DNA of 64,000 bases from Bacillota bacterium (GCA_023392515.1 JAEVYX010000017.1:1344-65343); one strand, 5' to 3'; numbered from the stretch's first letter, positions 54,887-62,686 are shown. Notes: generated by a model from the letters alone, not told the origin. A program made the numbers and translations.

Positions 54887-55906
54887 ATGAGAAGTGCAGT
54901 ATTTTACGGGAAGCATGATTTGCGGGTGGAAGAATCACCAAAACCAACCATTACGGAGGAGCAGGTGCTCATTCGGGTAAAAGCATGCGGCGTGTGCGGT
55001 ACGGATGTTCATATCTATGAGGGGGATAAGGGCGCGGCTGCTTGCACGCCTCCCACGATATTGGGCCATGAATTTTCAGGCATTGTTGAGGAAATAGGCA
55101 GCAAGGTAATTGGAATCAAGGTGGGTGATCGCGTCAGCGTTGACCCGAATCAGACCTGCGGGCGTTGCTATTACTGCAGAAATGGGTTGGCCCATTATTG
55201 CCAGCACATGACCGGCTACGGCACAACTGCCAATGGGGCCTTCGCGGAATATTGCGCCGTTCATTTTCAGCAGGTCTATCTATTGGGTGATAACACTACC
55301 TTCGAACAAGGTGCAATGACCGAACCCGTGGCTTGCTGCCTGCATGGAATAGATATGTGTGAAATCACGCCGGGAAGCGTGATTGCTGTCATTGGCGGTG
55401 GCATGATTGGGCTAATTATGCTGCAGCTGGCCAAACTATCCGGGGCGCACCAAACCATTCTTTTGGAGCCGGTGGCAGGGAAGCGTGCCATGGGAGCAAA
55501 GCTGGGCGCTGATCTGGTAATTGATCCCCTGAATGAGGATGTGCAGGAAGTTTTAAAAGCCAATGGCATCCACAGAATCAACACGGTGATTGAATGTGCC
55601 GGCCTACCCTCCACCATCAAAATGGCTATTGATATCGCAGGGAATAAATCGGTGGTCATGATGTTTGGGCTGACAAAGCCCGATGAGGAAGTAGCCATTA
55701 AACCCTTCCAGATTTTCCAAAAGGAAATTGTGCTGAAAGCAAGCTTTATCAACCCCTATACGCAGCAGCGGGCGCTTGATTTGATCAACTCTGGCCGGTT
55801 GGATGTATCTTCGATGGTGTATAGTGTTTGTTCCTTAAAGGATTTGGAAAATGTTCTATCAAACCCGGAATGGCGGGCCAAGGGGAAATACATCATTCAG
55901 CCGTAA
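54887..55906 (+). CDS. Zinc-dependent dehydrogenase (threonine/sorbitol dehydrogenase-like)
   Basis: ORF 54839-55906. ATG 54887 follows AAAGGAGG. Motifs CGVCGTDVHIYEG, GHEFSGIVEEIG, CGRCYYCRNGLAHYC and VIGGGMIG. Confidence 0.85.
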   Translation: MRSAVFYGKHDLRVEESPKPTITEEQVLIRVKACGVCGTDVHIYEGDKGAAACTPPTILGHEFSGIVEEIGSKVIGIKVGDRVSVDPNQTCGRCYYCRNGLAHYCQHMTGYGTTANGAFAEYCAVHFQQVYLLGDNTTFEQGAMTEPVACCLHGIDMCEITPGSVIAVIGGGMIGLIMLQLAKLSGAHQTILLEPVAGKRAMGAKLGADLVIDPLNEDVQEVLKANGIHRINTVIECAGLPSTIKMAIDIAGNKSVVMMFGLTKPDEEVAIKPFQIFQKEIVLKASFINPYTQQRALDLINSGRLDVSSMVYSVCSLKDLENVLSNPEWRAKGKYIIQP

Positions 55907-55937
55907 GGTACAGCACCGTGTTTTAGACTCTATACAT

Positions 55938-55990
55938 AAAGCATAGGCTCGTCTTCCTTGGAATGGAGGCGCGAGCCTATGCTTTTTCAT
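55938..55990 (+). terminator. Rho-independent terminator closing the long + strand gene run
   Basis: AAAGCATAGGCTCG-20 nt-CGAGCCTATGCTTT is followed by TTCATTT. Confidence 0.8.
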
Positions 55991-56040
55991 TTGTGTTACC
56001 AAACTAAATCCTGGGACTGGAAAAAATATTTTCAAAACCA

Positions 56041-56071
56041 TTGACTTGGAGTTGACTCCAGGGTATAGGCT
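56041..56071 (+). promoter_or_regulatory. MerR-type promoter (19-bp spacer containing a palindrome)
   Basis: TTGACT (56041-46), a 19-nt spacer carrying TGGAGT-TG-ACTCCA (56047-60), then TAGGCT (56066-71). A MerR-family gene closes the downstream operon. Confidence 0.6.
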
Positions 56072-56075
56072 GTAG

Positions 56076-56237
56076 ACGAGCACCCATGAAGGCAGCGGCA
56101 TGGGCCGCAGCGAAGCTGACTTAGGGAAGCTCTGCCCGAATGCCAGAATTGCCAAAGGCCTTGCTATTCAAGACGGCAGTGTAAAGAATGCGGATAACGC
56201 AATCAAACAGTGGCTGGAAAAGAACGGCATCACTTGA
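56076..56237 (+). pseudogene. 3' remnant of a flavodoxin-family gene
   Basis: The in-frame translation TSTHEGSGMGRSEADLGKLCPNARIAKGLAIQDGSVKNADNAIKQWLEKNGIT* resembles only the C-terminal third of short flavodoxin-like proteins (..ATSGGSGMGKT...L...CP.A....G...). It starts at a stop codon 2 nt after the -10 element. Confidence 0.55.
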
Positions 56238-56270
56238 CATAGCGCAGCACAAAGCATGGAGGGGAAACAG

Positions 56271-57389
56271 ATGGAGTATCGTAAGCTGCCCCATGGTACG
56301 GAGAAAGAGCGCTTCAGTGTGCTCGGCTTGGGCTTGGGCGGTATTCAGCAAAGCCCGGAGGAAGAAATCGAGCGTACCATCCGGCACGCTATTGAAAACG
56401 GGATCAATTTCTTTGACCTGTGCGCGGGTGGGAAAAGCGTATATGCGCCATTCGGGCATGCCATTGCCGGACAACGAGACAAAGTGTTTATTCAGTTGCA
56501 TTTTGGAGCGGTTTACAACGAAAAAGGTGAATACGCCTGGTCGCGCAATCTGAATGAAATCAAGCGTACCTTTGCGTGGGAAATGAAAGCGATGAACATG
56601 GACTATGCGGACATGGGCTTTCTGCACTGCGTTGATGAGGACGAGGATTTTGAAGAGCTTGAAGCTTCAGGTATATTGGACGAATTGATCGCCCTCAAAA
56701 AGCAGGGCGTGATACATCATATTGGCTTCTCTTCCCATACGCCCTCTGTAGCAAACCGTATCCTTGATACAAATCTTGTCGATATGCTGATGTTCAGCCT
56801 CAATCCTGCTTATGATTTTGAGCAAGGTGACGCGTTTGGCATCGGCAGCGTTTCGGAACGTGCGGAGCTGTTCCGGAGGTCTCAAGCCATGGGCGTTGGT
56901 ATATCTGTGATGAAAGCGTTCCACGCGGGAAAACTGCTGGATCCGAAAACATCCCCATTCAAGCATGCCTTGACAAGGGCACAGTGCATTCAATATGCGC
57001 TGGACCGTCCGGGTGTACTGACTGTTCTGCCTGGCGTGCGCGGGATGCAGGACCTGGAAGCGCTGCTGACTTATGCGCAAGCTTCGCCAGAGGAACGGGA
57101 CTATTCCGTTTTGGGCAGTTTCACGGCAGATAGCGTCAGCGGCAACTGCGTATACTGCAATCATTGTCAGCCTTGCCCTGCGGGGATCGACGTGGGTCTG
57201 GTCAATAAGTATTACGACCTGTCCCTTGCAGGGGACCATATGGCGCAGAGCCATTATGATAAGCTGGCGATCAAAGCGGACGCGTGCCTGAAATGCGGGC
57301 ATTGCGACGCCCGGTGCCCCTTTCATACGCATCAAAGCCAGCGGATGGGCGACATCGACTATTATTTTGCGAATGGATATCGTGGATAA
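56271..57389 (+). CDS. Aldo/keto reductase fused to a C-terminal 2x[4Fe-4S] ferredoxin-type domain
   Basis: ORF 56256-57389. ATG 56271 follows GGAGGGGAAA. The AKR N-terminus is MEYRKLPHG...NFFDLC. The C-terminal cluster motifs are CVYCNHCQPCP and CLKCGHCDARCP. Confidence 0.8.
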   Translation: MEYRKLPHGTEKERFSVLGLGLGGIQQSPEEEIERTIRHAIENGINFFDLCAGGKSVYAPFGHAIAGQRDKVFIQLHFGAVYNEKGEYAWSRNLNEIKRTFAWEMKAMNMDYADMGFLHCVDEDEDFEELEASGILDELIALKKQGVIHHIGFSSHTPSVANRILDTNLVDMLMFSLNPAYDFEQGDAFGIGSVSERAELFRRSQAMGVGISVMKAFHAGKLLDPKTSPFKHALTRAQCIQYALDRPGVLTVLPGVRGMQDLEALLTYAQASPEERDYSVLGSFTADSVSGNCVYCNHCQPCPAGIDVGLVNKYYDLSLAGDHMAQSHYDKLAIKADACLKCGHCDARCPFHTHQSQRMGDIDYYFANGYRG

Positions 57390-57405
57390 CCAAGGAGGAT
57401 TTTGA

Positions 57406-58494
57406 ATGAAAAACTTTGGATTTGGATGCATGCGCCTGCCTATAAAGGGCGGGGAGGTGGATATTCATCAATTTTCGGAAATGGTGGATTGCTTTCTGGC
57501 GGCGGGTTTCACCTACTTTGACACCGCCCATGGCTATATACAGGGGAAAAGCGAAACTGCCCTGCGGGAATGCCTGGTTAAAAGATATCCCAGAGACCGG
57601 TATGTGCTCACGGATAAGCTGACGGTACATTTCTTCAATAATAGGGCTGATCTTCCCGGCTTATTTGCCGATCAGCTGGAGAAGACGGGTGTGGAATACT
57701 TCGACTATTACCTGATGCACGCCCTGACAAGCGATTTCTATCGGAAGTTCGTACGCTGCGGCGCTTTTGACTTTGCCAAAGAGCTTAAGGCTCAGGGTAA
57801 AATAAAGCATATCGGCATTTCATTCCATGACAAGGCGGAAGTGCTGGAACAGATCCTGTCCGAACATCCGGAGGTGGAGGTCGTGCAGATTCAGTTCAAT
57901 TATGCCGATTATGATGATCCGACGATTCAGAGCCGTGCCGTGTATGATGTGTGCGTGAGGCATAACAAACCCGTCATCATCATGGAGCCCTGCAAGGGCG
58001 GCGGCCTCATCAATCTTCCGGAGGAGGCCAAAAAGGTTTTGAAAACGCTGGGCGGCAGCCCGGCAAGTTATGCCATACGGTATGCGGCTTCCTTTCCCCA
58101 GGTGATGATGGTGCTAAGCGGCATGAGCACCTCCGAGCAGCTGGAGGAAAACGTCGGCTTTATGGCGGACTTTGCCCCTTTGACCGATACAGAAAACCAC
58201 GCGATTGATCAGGTTCGTGCCATTCTCAAAAGTCAGGACCTGATCGCCTGCACTGCCTGCCGCTACTGTACCGACGGCTGCCCCAAGAAAATCTCTATTC
58301 CTGATTTGTTTGCCTGCTATAATGACAAAAAGCAGTACAAGGATTGGAACAGCGACTTTTACTACATGTTCAGCACTACGGGCAAAGGCAAGGCTTCCGA
58401 CTGCATCCGCTGCGGAAAGTGCGAAAAGGAATGCCCGCAGCACTTGCTAATCCGCGACTTGCTAAAAGATGTGGCCGCAGCGCTGGAACGGTAA
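57406..58494 (+). CDS. Aldo/keto reductase fused to a C-terminal 2x[4Fe-4S] ferredoxin-type domain (paralogue)
   Basis: Motifs MKNFGFGCMRLP and YFDTAHGY. The C-terminal cluster motifs are CTACRYCTDGCP and CIRCGKCEKECP. Confidence 0.8.
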   Translation: MKNFGFGCMRLPIKGGEVDIHQFSEMVDCFLAAGFTYFDTAHGYIQGKSETALRECLVKRYPRDRYVLTDKLTVHFFNNRADLPGLFADQLEKTGVEYFDYYLMHALTSDFYRKFVRCGAFDFAKELKAQGKIKHIGISFHDKAEVLEQILSEHPEVEVVQIQFNYADYDDPTIQSRAVYDVCVRHNKPVIIMEPCKGGGLINLPEEAKKVLKTLGGSPASYAIRYAASFPQVMMVLSGMSTSEQLEENVGFMADFAPLTDTENHAIDQVRAILKSQDLIACTACRYCTDGCPKKISIPDLFACYNDKKQYKDWNSDFYYMFSTTGKGKASDCIRCGKCEKECPQHLLIRDLLKDVAAALER

Positions 58495-58521
58495 GTCGGT
58501 GGAATGAAAGGAGAAAGGCTT

Positions 58522-58934
58522 ATGGATCAGCAGATGAGCCCCTTTGAGCGGGGGGATAAACTGCCGGAGGTCTTCGCCAGATATTTTGACGGCGACACAT
58601 ACCTGTCAATGCTGGTGCCCGGCAATAGCCCGCTGAATGTACCCATCGGGCATGTCACTTTTGCGCCGGGAAGCAAAAACACTGGCATATCCACCCGGGC
58701 GGACAAATTTTGCTTGTGACATCTGCGTGCGGCTGGTATCAGGCGGAGGGAGAACTGACCTGGCAGCTCCGACCGGGGGATGTTTTGGAAATCCTGCCCG
58801 GTGTGAAGCATTGGCATGGTGCAGTACAAGATAGCTGGTTTTCTCACCTGGCAATTGAGGCAGGGGCATCAGCAGGACCTGTACAATGGCTGGAACCGGC
58901 GCTGGATGAAGTTTATCAGGCAATGGAGGGATAA
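58522..58934 (+). pseudogene. Cupin-domain gene interrupted by a 1-nt frameshift (or a sequencing error in an A5 run)
   Basis: Frame 1 reads ...GHVTFAPGSKN, then junk and a stop at 58717. The other frame, from ~58680, reads HWHIHPGGQILLVTSACGWYQAEGE...PGVKHWHGAVQDSWFSHLAIE. Joined, the two give the well-known small cupin pattern (V.F.PG.RN.WH.HP.GQIL.VT.G.GWYQ..G...PGDVV.I...VKHWHGA...SWF.H.A). Confidence 0.75.
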
Positions 58935-58936
58935 AA

Positions 58937-59314
58937 ATGACCATTGCAGAAGTGTGCAAAAGATATGGCTTGAGCGCCGATACGCTGCGTTATTATGAGC
59001 GGGTTGGGCTGCTGCCGCCTATCACGAGAACCTCGGGCGGGATAAGGGACTATTCTGAAAAAGACTGCCGCTGGGTGGAGTACATCAAGTGTATGCGCTC
59101 AGCTGGGGTTTCCGTGGAGACACTGGTAGAATACATGGCACTGTTTCAAAAAGGGCCGGAGACAATTGTCGCCCGCAAGGCACTGTTGCTGGAGCAAAGA
59201 GAACAGATCGTGGCGCGTATCAGCGAGATGAACGAAATACTGGCCAAGCTGGACTGGAAGCTGGATGGATACGAGGAAAGGATGCTCCATTATGAAGAGC
59301 AGCTAAAGCCCTAG
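58937..59314 (+). CDS. MerR-family transcriptional regulator
   Basis: The N-terminal HTH is MTIAEVCKRYGLSADTLRYYERVGLLPP, followed by a coiled-coil C-terminus. The RBS is GGAGGGA. Confidence 0.9.
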   Translation: MTIAEVCKRYGLSADTLRYYERVGLLPPITRTSGGIRDYSEKDCRWVEYIKCMRSAGVSVETLVEYMALFQKGPETIVARKALLLEQREQIVARISEMNEILAKLDWKLDGYEERMLHYEEQLKP

Positions 59315-59946
59315 CATGCTGCGCTGATAATTTGATCACTCCCAAATGCCGGGTGTGTTCGGCGGATTGACCAGACACCGCATGCTGATTCCGGCGCGCG
59401 GTGTTTTGCATACAATAAAAGATTTTGGCACATTGGAATGGGTACAGCTTAACCATCCATCATTTTTGTGCAAATATCAAATGGGATGCAGAGCGAAGAA
59501 AATTCGGAATAAGAATATCACAATTGTATGTTGTTTCTTTATCAAACATATCACCTGGAATAAACTCCAAGTCAATACATTTTCCATCTATTTGAAATTT
59601 GTTCATCCTTGGAATTGGATGACAATCCAGTAAGATTCAGAGCGGTGAATGAGGGCGCTTTTCCCTTTATTTTCAAGGCTTGCTTTCAGAAGCCTCAGGT
59701 ATTACAATGCTTGTGCAACATTAATAAGTAAAGCAGGCATATTTTTATGATATAGTTCCCTTTGGGTAACCATTGGAGGAATGCTTGATGTTGACAAAAA
59801 ATGAACTTCCGGCTCGCCCTGTGGCGGCAACAATTAACTTATTGGTATCAGATGGAAGCTGCCACCGTGTGCGGCAAAGGCGGTTCATCATCCGGTTTTT
59901 CGAGATTTATCCCGTACCAGAGTACATTTTTTGAGGAGGAGTTGCC

Positions 59947-60876
59947 ATGGTGCTTTCAATCTTGCAGATGGTGCTTCCGGTATTGATTACCTTTGGGCTT
60001 GGCTACCTTTGCAACCGCAAGAAAGTATTCGGCACGGAGGGTCTTGCGGGGCTAAAGGCAGTGGTGGGCAATGTGACGCTGCCCGCGGTGCTGTTTTTCG
60101 CATTTTTTACGGCAGAGTATTCTGGCAAGATCGCACTGATGTTCGCGACCGTGTTTCTTTCCTGCACGCTGGGGCTGCTTATGGGTTATGTGCTCCGGCG
60201 CCTTGTTAAGCCATATGGCAAGTTTATGCCATTTCTGGTAACAAACTTTGAGGGCGGCATGCTGGGCTATGCTCTCTTTGGCCTGCTGTACGCTGGGCAG
60301 ACGCAGATATTTGCCATGGTGGATATCGGGCAGTCCTTTTGCGCGTTCACAGTATTTCTTGCAGCGCTCAAGGCAACAGGCGGGGAGAAAGTAAACGTGA
60401 AAGCGCTGGGCAAGAACATGCTGCACAATGTGGTTTTTGTGTGCATCACGCTAGGCGCGGTATTGGGTGCGCTGGGCGTGGGCAAGTGGCTGCTGTCTTT
60501 ACCGGTTGGCGGGATCATAAGTGATGTGATTCGCTTCATCGCCGCACCCACCAGCGCGCTCATCCTTATTATCGTGGGGTATGAACTGAGTTTCCAGAAG
60601 GCGCTGCTCTCTCCGGTACTCAAGACGATCGGACTGCGCCTTGCGGTCATGTATGCTTTGCTGGCAGTGGGAGCATTCGCGGTGTTCAGCATCATCCCGT
60701 TTGAAAAGCCGCTGTTTGTGGCAATGCTGCTGGCTTACAGCATGCCCGCGCCATTCATAGTGCCCTTGTATGCGGATGTGACGGGTCACGGGGAGTATAT
60801 CTCCACCACACTTTCAGTGCAGACGTTGCTTTCCGTCGCATTGTTCATCGGCATAGCGGTGTATTCGCTGTCATGA
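59947..60876 (+). CDS. AEC (auxin efflux carrier) family membrane transporter
   Basis: The RBS is GAGGAGGAG. The protein has ~10 hydrophobic segments. The N-terminus MVLSILQMVLPVLITFGLGYL is typical of the family. Confidence 0.75.
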   Translation: MVLSILQMVLPVLITFGLGYLCNRKKVFGTEGLAGLKAVVGNVTLPAVLFFAFFTAEYSGKIALMFATVFLSCTLGLLMGYVLRRLVKPYGKFMPFLVTNFEGGMLGYALFGLLYAGQTQIFAMVDIGQSFCAFTVFLAALKATGGEKVNVKALGKNMLHNVVFVCITLGAVLGALGVGKWLLSLPVGGIISDVIRFIAAPTSALILIIVGYELSFQKALLSPVLKTIGLRLAVMYALLAVGAFAVFSIIPFEKPLFVAMLLAYSMPAPFIVPLYADVTGHGEYISTTLSVQTLLSVALFIGIAVYSLS

Positions 60877-60978
60877 GGGAGCAGCCCCACACTTCAAATC
60901 CACATCCGGACGCTGCATGGTTTGCACCAGGATACAGCGCCAAATTGTGTTCAATGTTTGTGTATGGAGAGGTAACAT

Positions 60979-60988
60979 GTGATATAAT
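60979..60988 (+). promoter_or_regulatory. Extended -10 promoter element upstream of the flavodiiron gene
   Basis: TGATATAAT (TG at 60980-81, TATAAT at 60983-88). Confidence 0.45.
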
Positions 60989-61041
60989 GGATTTATTCAA
61001 ATGTAGGAAAATAATGGGCCGATGCTTCGTTGTATCATGAA

Positions 61042-61060
61042 ATCCGCAAATATTGCGGAT
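61042..61060. promoter_or_regulatory. Perfect 8-bp-arm inverted repeat between promoter and RBS (candidate operator)
   Basis: ATCCGCAA-ata-TTGCGGAT lies 29 nt upstream of ATG 61089. Confidence 0.4.
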
Positions 61061-61088
61061 GCAAAACATTACAAAGGAGGATCTTTTT

Positions 61089-62624
61089 ATGGACGGGAAT
61101 ATGAACAGGCGGAAGTTTATCAAGACGATGGCTGGCGGCGCCGTAGGCGCTGCCGGACTGAGCGTGATGGGCGGATTGCCCAGGGCCTTGGCTTCTACAG
61201 CAGATGCGGCCAAGCCCCAGGAGCCGGTGCTGCAGTATGAAGGCAAGCAGAAGTTTGCTGGTGTCCATAATGTTCGCAAAATCAGCGAAGACCTAGTCTA
61301 TTTGGGTGCAAGCGACAGCCGTCTTGCATTGTTTGAAAACGTGTATCCCATCCCGCGCGGGGTGAGTTACAATGCCTACCTGTTGCTGGATGAGAAGACC
61401 GTTCTTTTTGATACTGTAGACCGGTCGGTCTCCGGCCAGTTTTTTGAGAACCTGATATATGCGCTCAATGGCCGTTCCCTTGACTACCTGGTCATCAACC
61501 ACATGGAGCCTGACCACTGCTCCTCAATTGCTGAGGTGCTGGCCCGCTGGCCCGCTGTACAGCTCATTTGTTCAGTGGCTGCTGAACCGTTGATCCGGCA
61601 GTTTTTCGGTTTTGAGTTAAGCGATCATGGCCGCACTGTGCAGGAGGGCGATCAGTTGGTCACCGGCCGGCATACTCTGGCCTTTGTAATGGCGCCCATG
61701 GTGCATTGGCCAGAAACCATGATGACCTATGACGCTACAGACAAGGTGCTCTTCTCTGCTGATGCCTTTGGCTCCTTTGGTGCGCTTAACGGTAACCTTT
61801 TCGCCGATGAACTGAACTTCCAGAGCGAATGGCTTCCCGATGCCAGGCGCTACTACACCAACATTGTGGGAAAATACGGTCCTCAGGTGCAGAATGTATT
61901 GGAAAAAGCGGCTACCATCGAAATCCAGACCATCTGCCCCCTGCATGGTCCCGTCTGGCGCAAGGATCTTAGTTGGTTTATAGACAAGTATGTCAAGTGG
62001 AGCAGCTACACCCCCGAAGAGGAAGCCGTGATGATTGTATACGGCTCCATTTATGGCGGTACGGAAAACGCTGCCAAAGTGCTTGCCTCCCACCTGTCCA
62101 TAGGCGGAATCCCCAATGTGGCGGTATATGATGTATCCAAGACCCATGTTTCCGAGCTCATAGCCGAGGCTTTCCGCTGCAGCCATCTGGTGTTCGCTTC
62201 CATCACCTACAACATGGATATCTTTACACCAATGAAAAACCTGCTGACCGACCTGGAGGTGCACAACTTGCAGCAGCGGCGTTTTGCCTTGATTGAAAAC
62301 GGCAGTTGGTCGCCGGTTTCCGGGGGCAAGATGCAGGAGGCGCTCGCACGGATGAAGGGCATGGAGCAGGTTGGCGGCACTGTCACTATCCAGTCTACCA
62401 CCAACGAAACAAGTTTCAAGCAGCTTGAAGACCTGGGTAACAGCGTCCTAGCTGACTTTGGCAAAACAGCACCAGCTGCCGCAGCGGAGCAAGCCCAGCC
62501 TGCCCAAAAGACCACTTGGCGCTGCAGCGTCTGCGGTTATGTGGTCGAGGCTGAGGAACTGCCCGCGGACTATGTATGCCCTGTCTGTGGGGTGGGGCCC
62601 GATAAGTTCGTAAAAGTGGAATAA
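61089..62624 (+). CDS. Flavodiiron protein (MBL-like diiron domain + flavodoxin domain) with C-terminal rubredoxin and an N-terminal twin-arginine signal peptide
   Basis: ATG 61089 lies 9 nt after AAAGGAGG. The Tat-type leader is MDGNMNRRKFIKTMAGGAVGAAGLSVMGGLPRALA|ST. The diiron motif is INHMEPDH. The flavodoxin-like segment is VMIVYGSIYGGTENAAK. The rubredoxin motif is WRCSVCGYVVE...YVCPVCGVGPDKF. Confidence 0.8.
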   Translation: MDGNMNRRKFIKTMAGGAVGAAGLSVMGGLPRALASTADAAKPQEPVLQYEGKQKFAGVHNVRKISEDLVYLGASDSRLALFENVYPIPRGVSYNAYLLLDEKTVLFDTVDRSVSGQFFENLIYALNGRSLDYLVINHMEPDHCSSIAEVLARWPAVQLICSVAAEPLIRQFFGFELSDHGRTVQEGDQLVTGRHTLAFVMAPMVHWPETMMTYDATDKVLFSADAFGSFGALNGNLFADELNFQSEWLPDARRYYTNIVGKYGPQVQNVLEKAATIEIQTICPLHGPVWRKDLSWFIDKYVKWSSYTPEEEAVMIVYGSIYGGTENAAKVLASHLSIGGIPNVAVYDVSKTHVSELIAEAFRCSHLVFASITYNMDIFTPMKNLLTDLEVHNLQQRRFALIENGSWSPVSGGKMQEALARMKGMEQVGGTVTIQSTTNETSFKQLEDLGNSVLADFGKTAPAAAAEQAQPAQKTTWRCSVCGYVVEAEELPADYVCPVCGVGPDKFVKVE

Positions 62625-62686
62625 GGGAAGGCGGCATAAAAATTCCGCCCCCAAGATTTATTATTGCCCGGTGTGTTTGCCAGGCG

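Noticed and set aside
56667-57431. 254-aa minus-strand ORF (also 8643-9398, 5075-5728, 49114-49815, 61617-62264 and similar)
   Set aside because: All are antisense to genes with clear motifs. None has a convincing RBS or recognisable domain.
59346-59633. 95-aa plus-strand ORF after the MerR gene
   Set aside because: It crosses a GC-to-AT composition break and has no RBS. The opposite strand carries the more protein-like 48-codon fragment.
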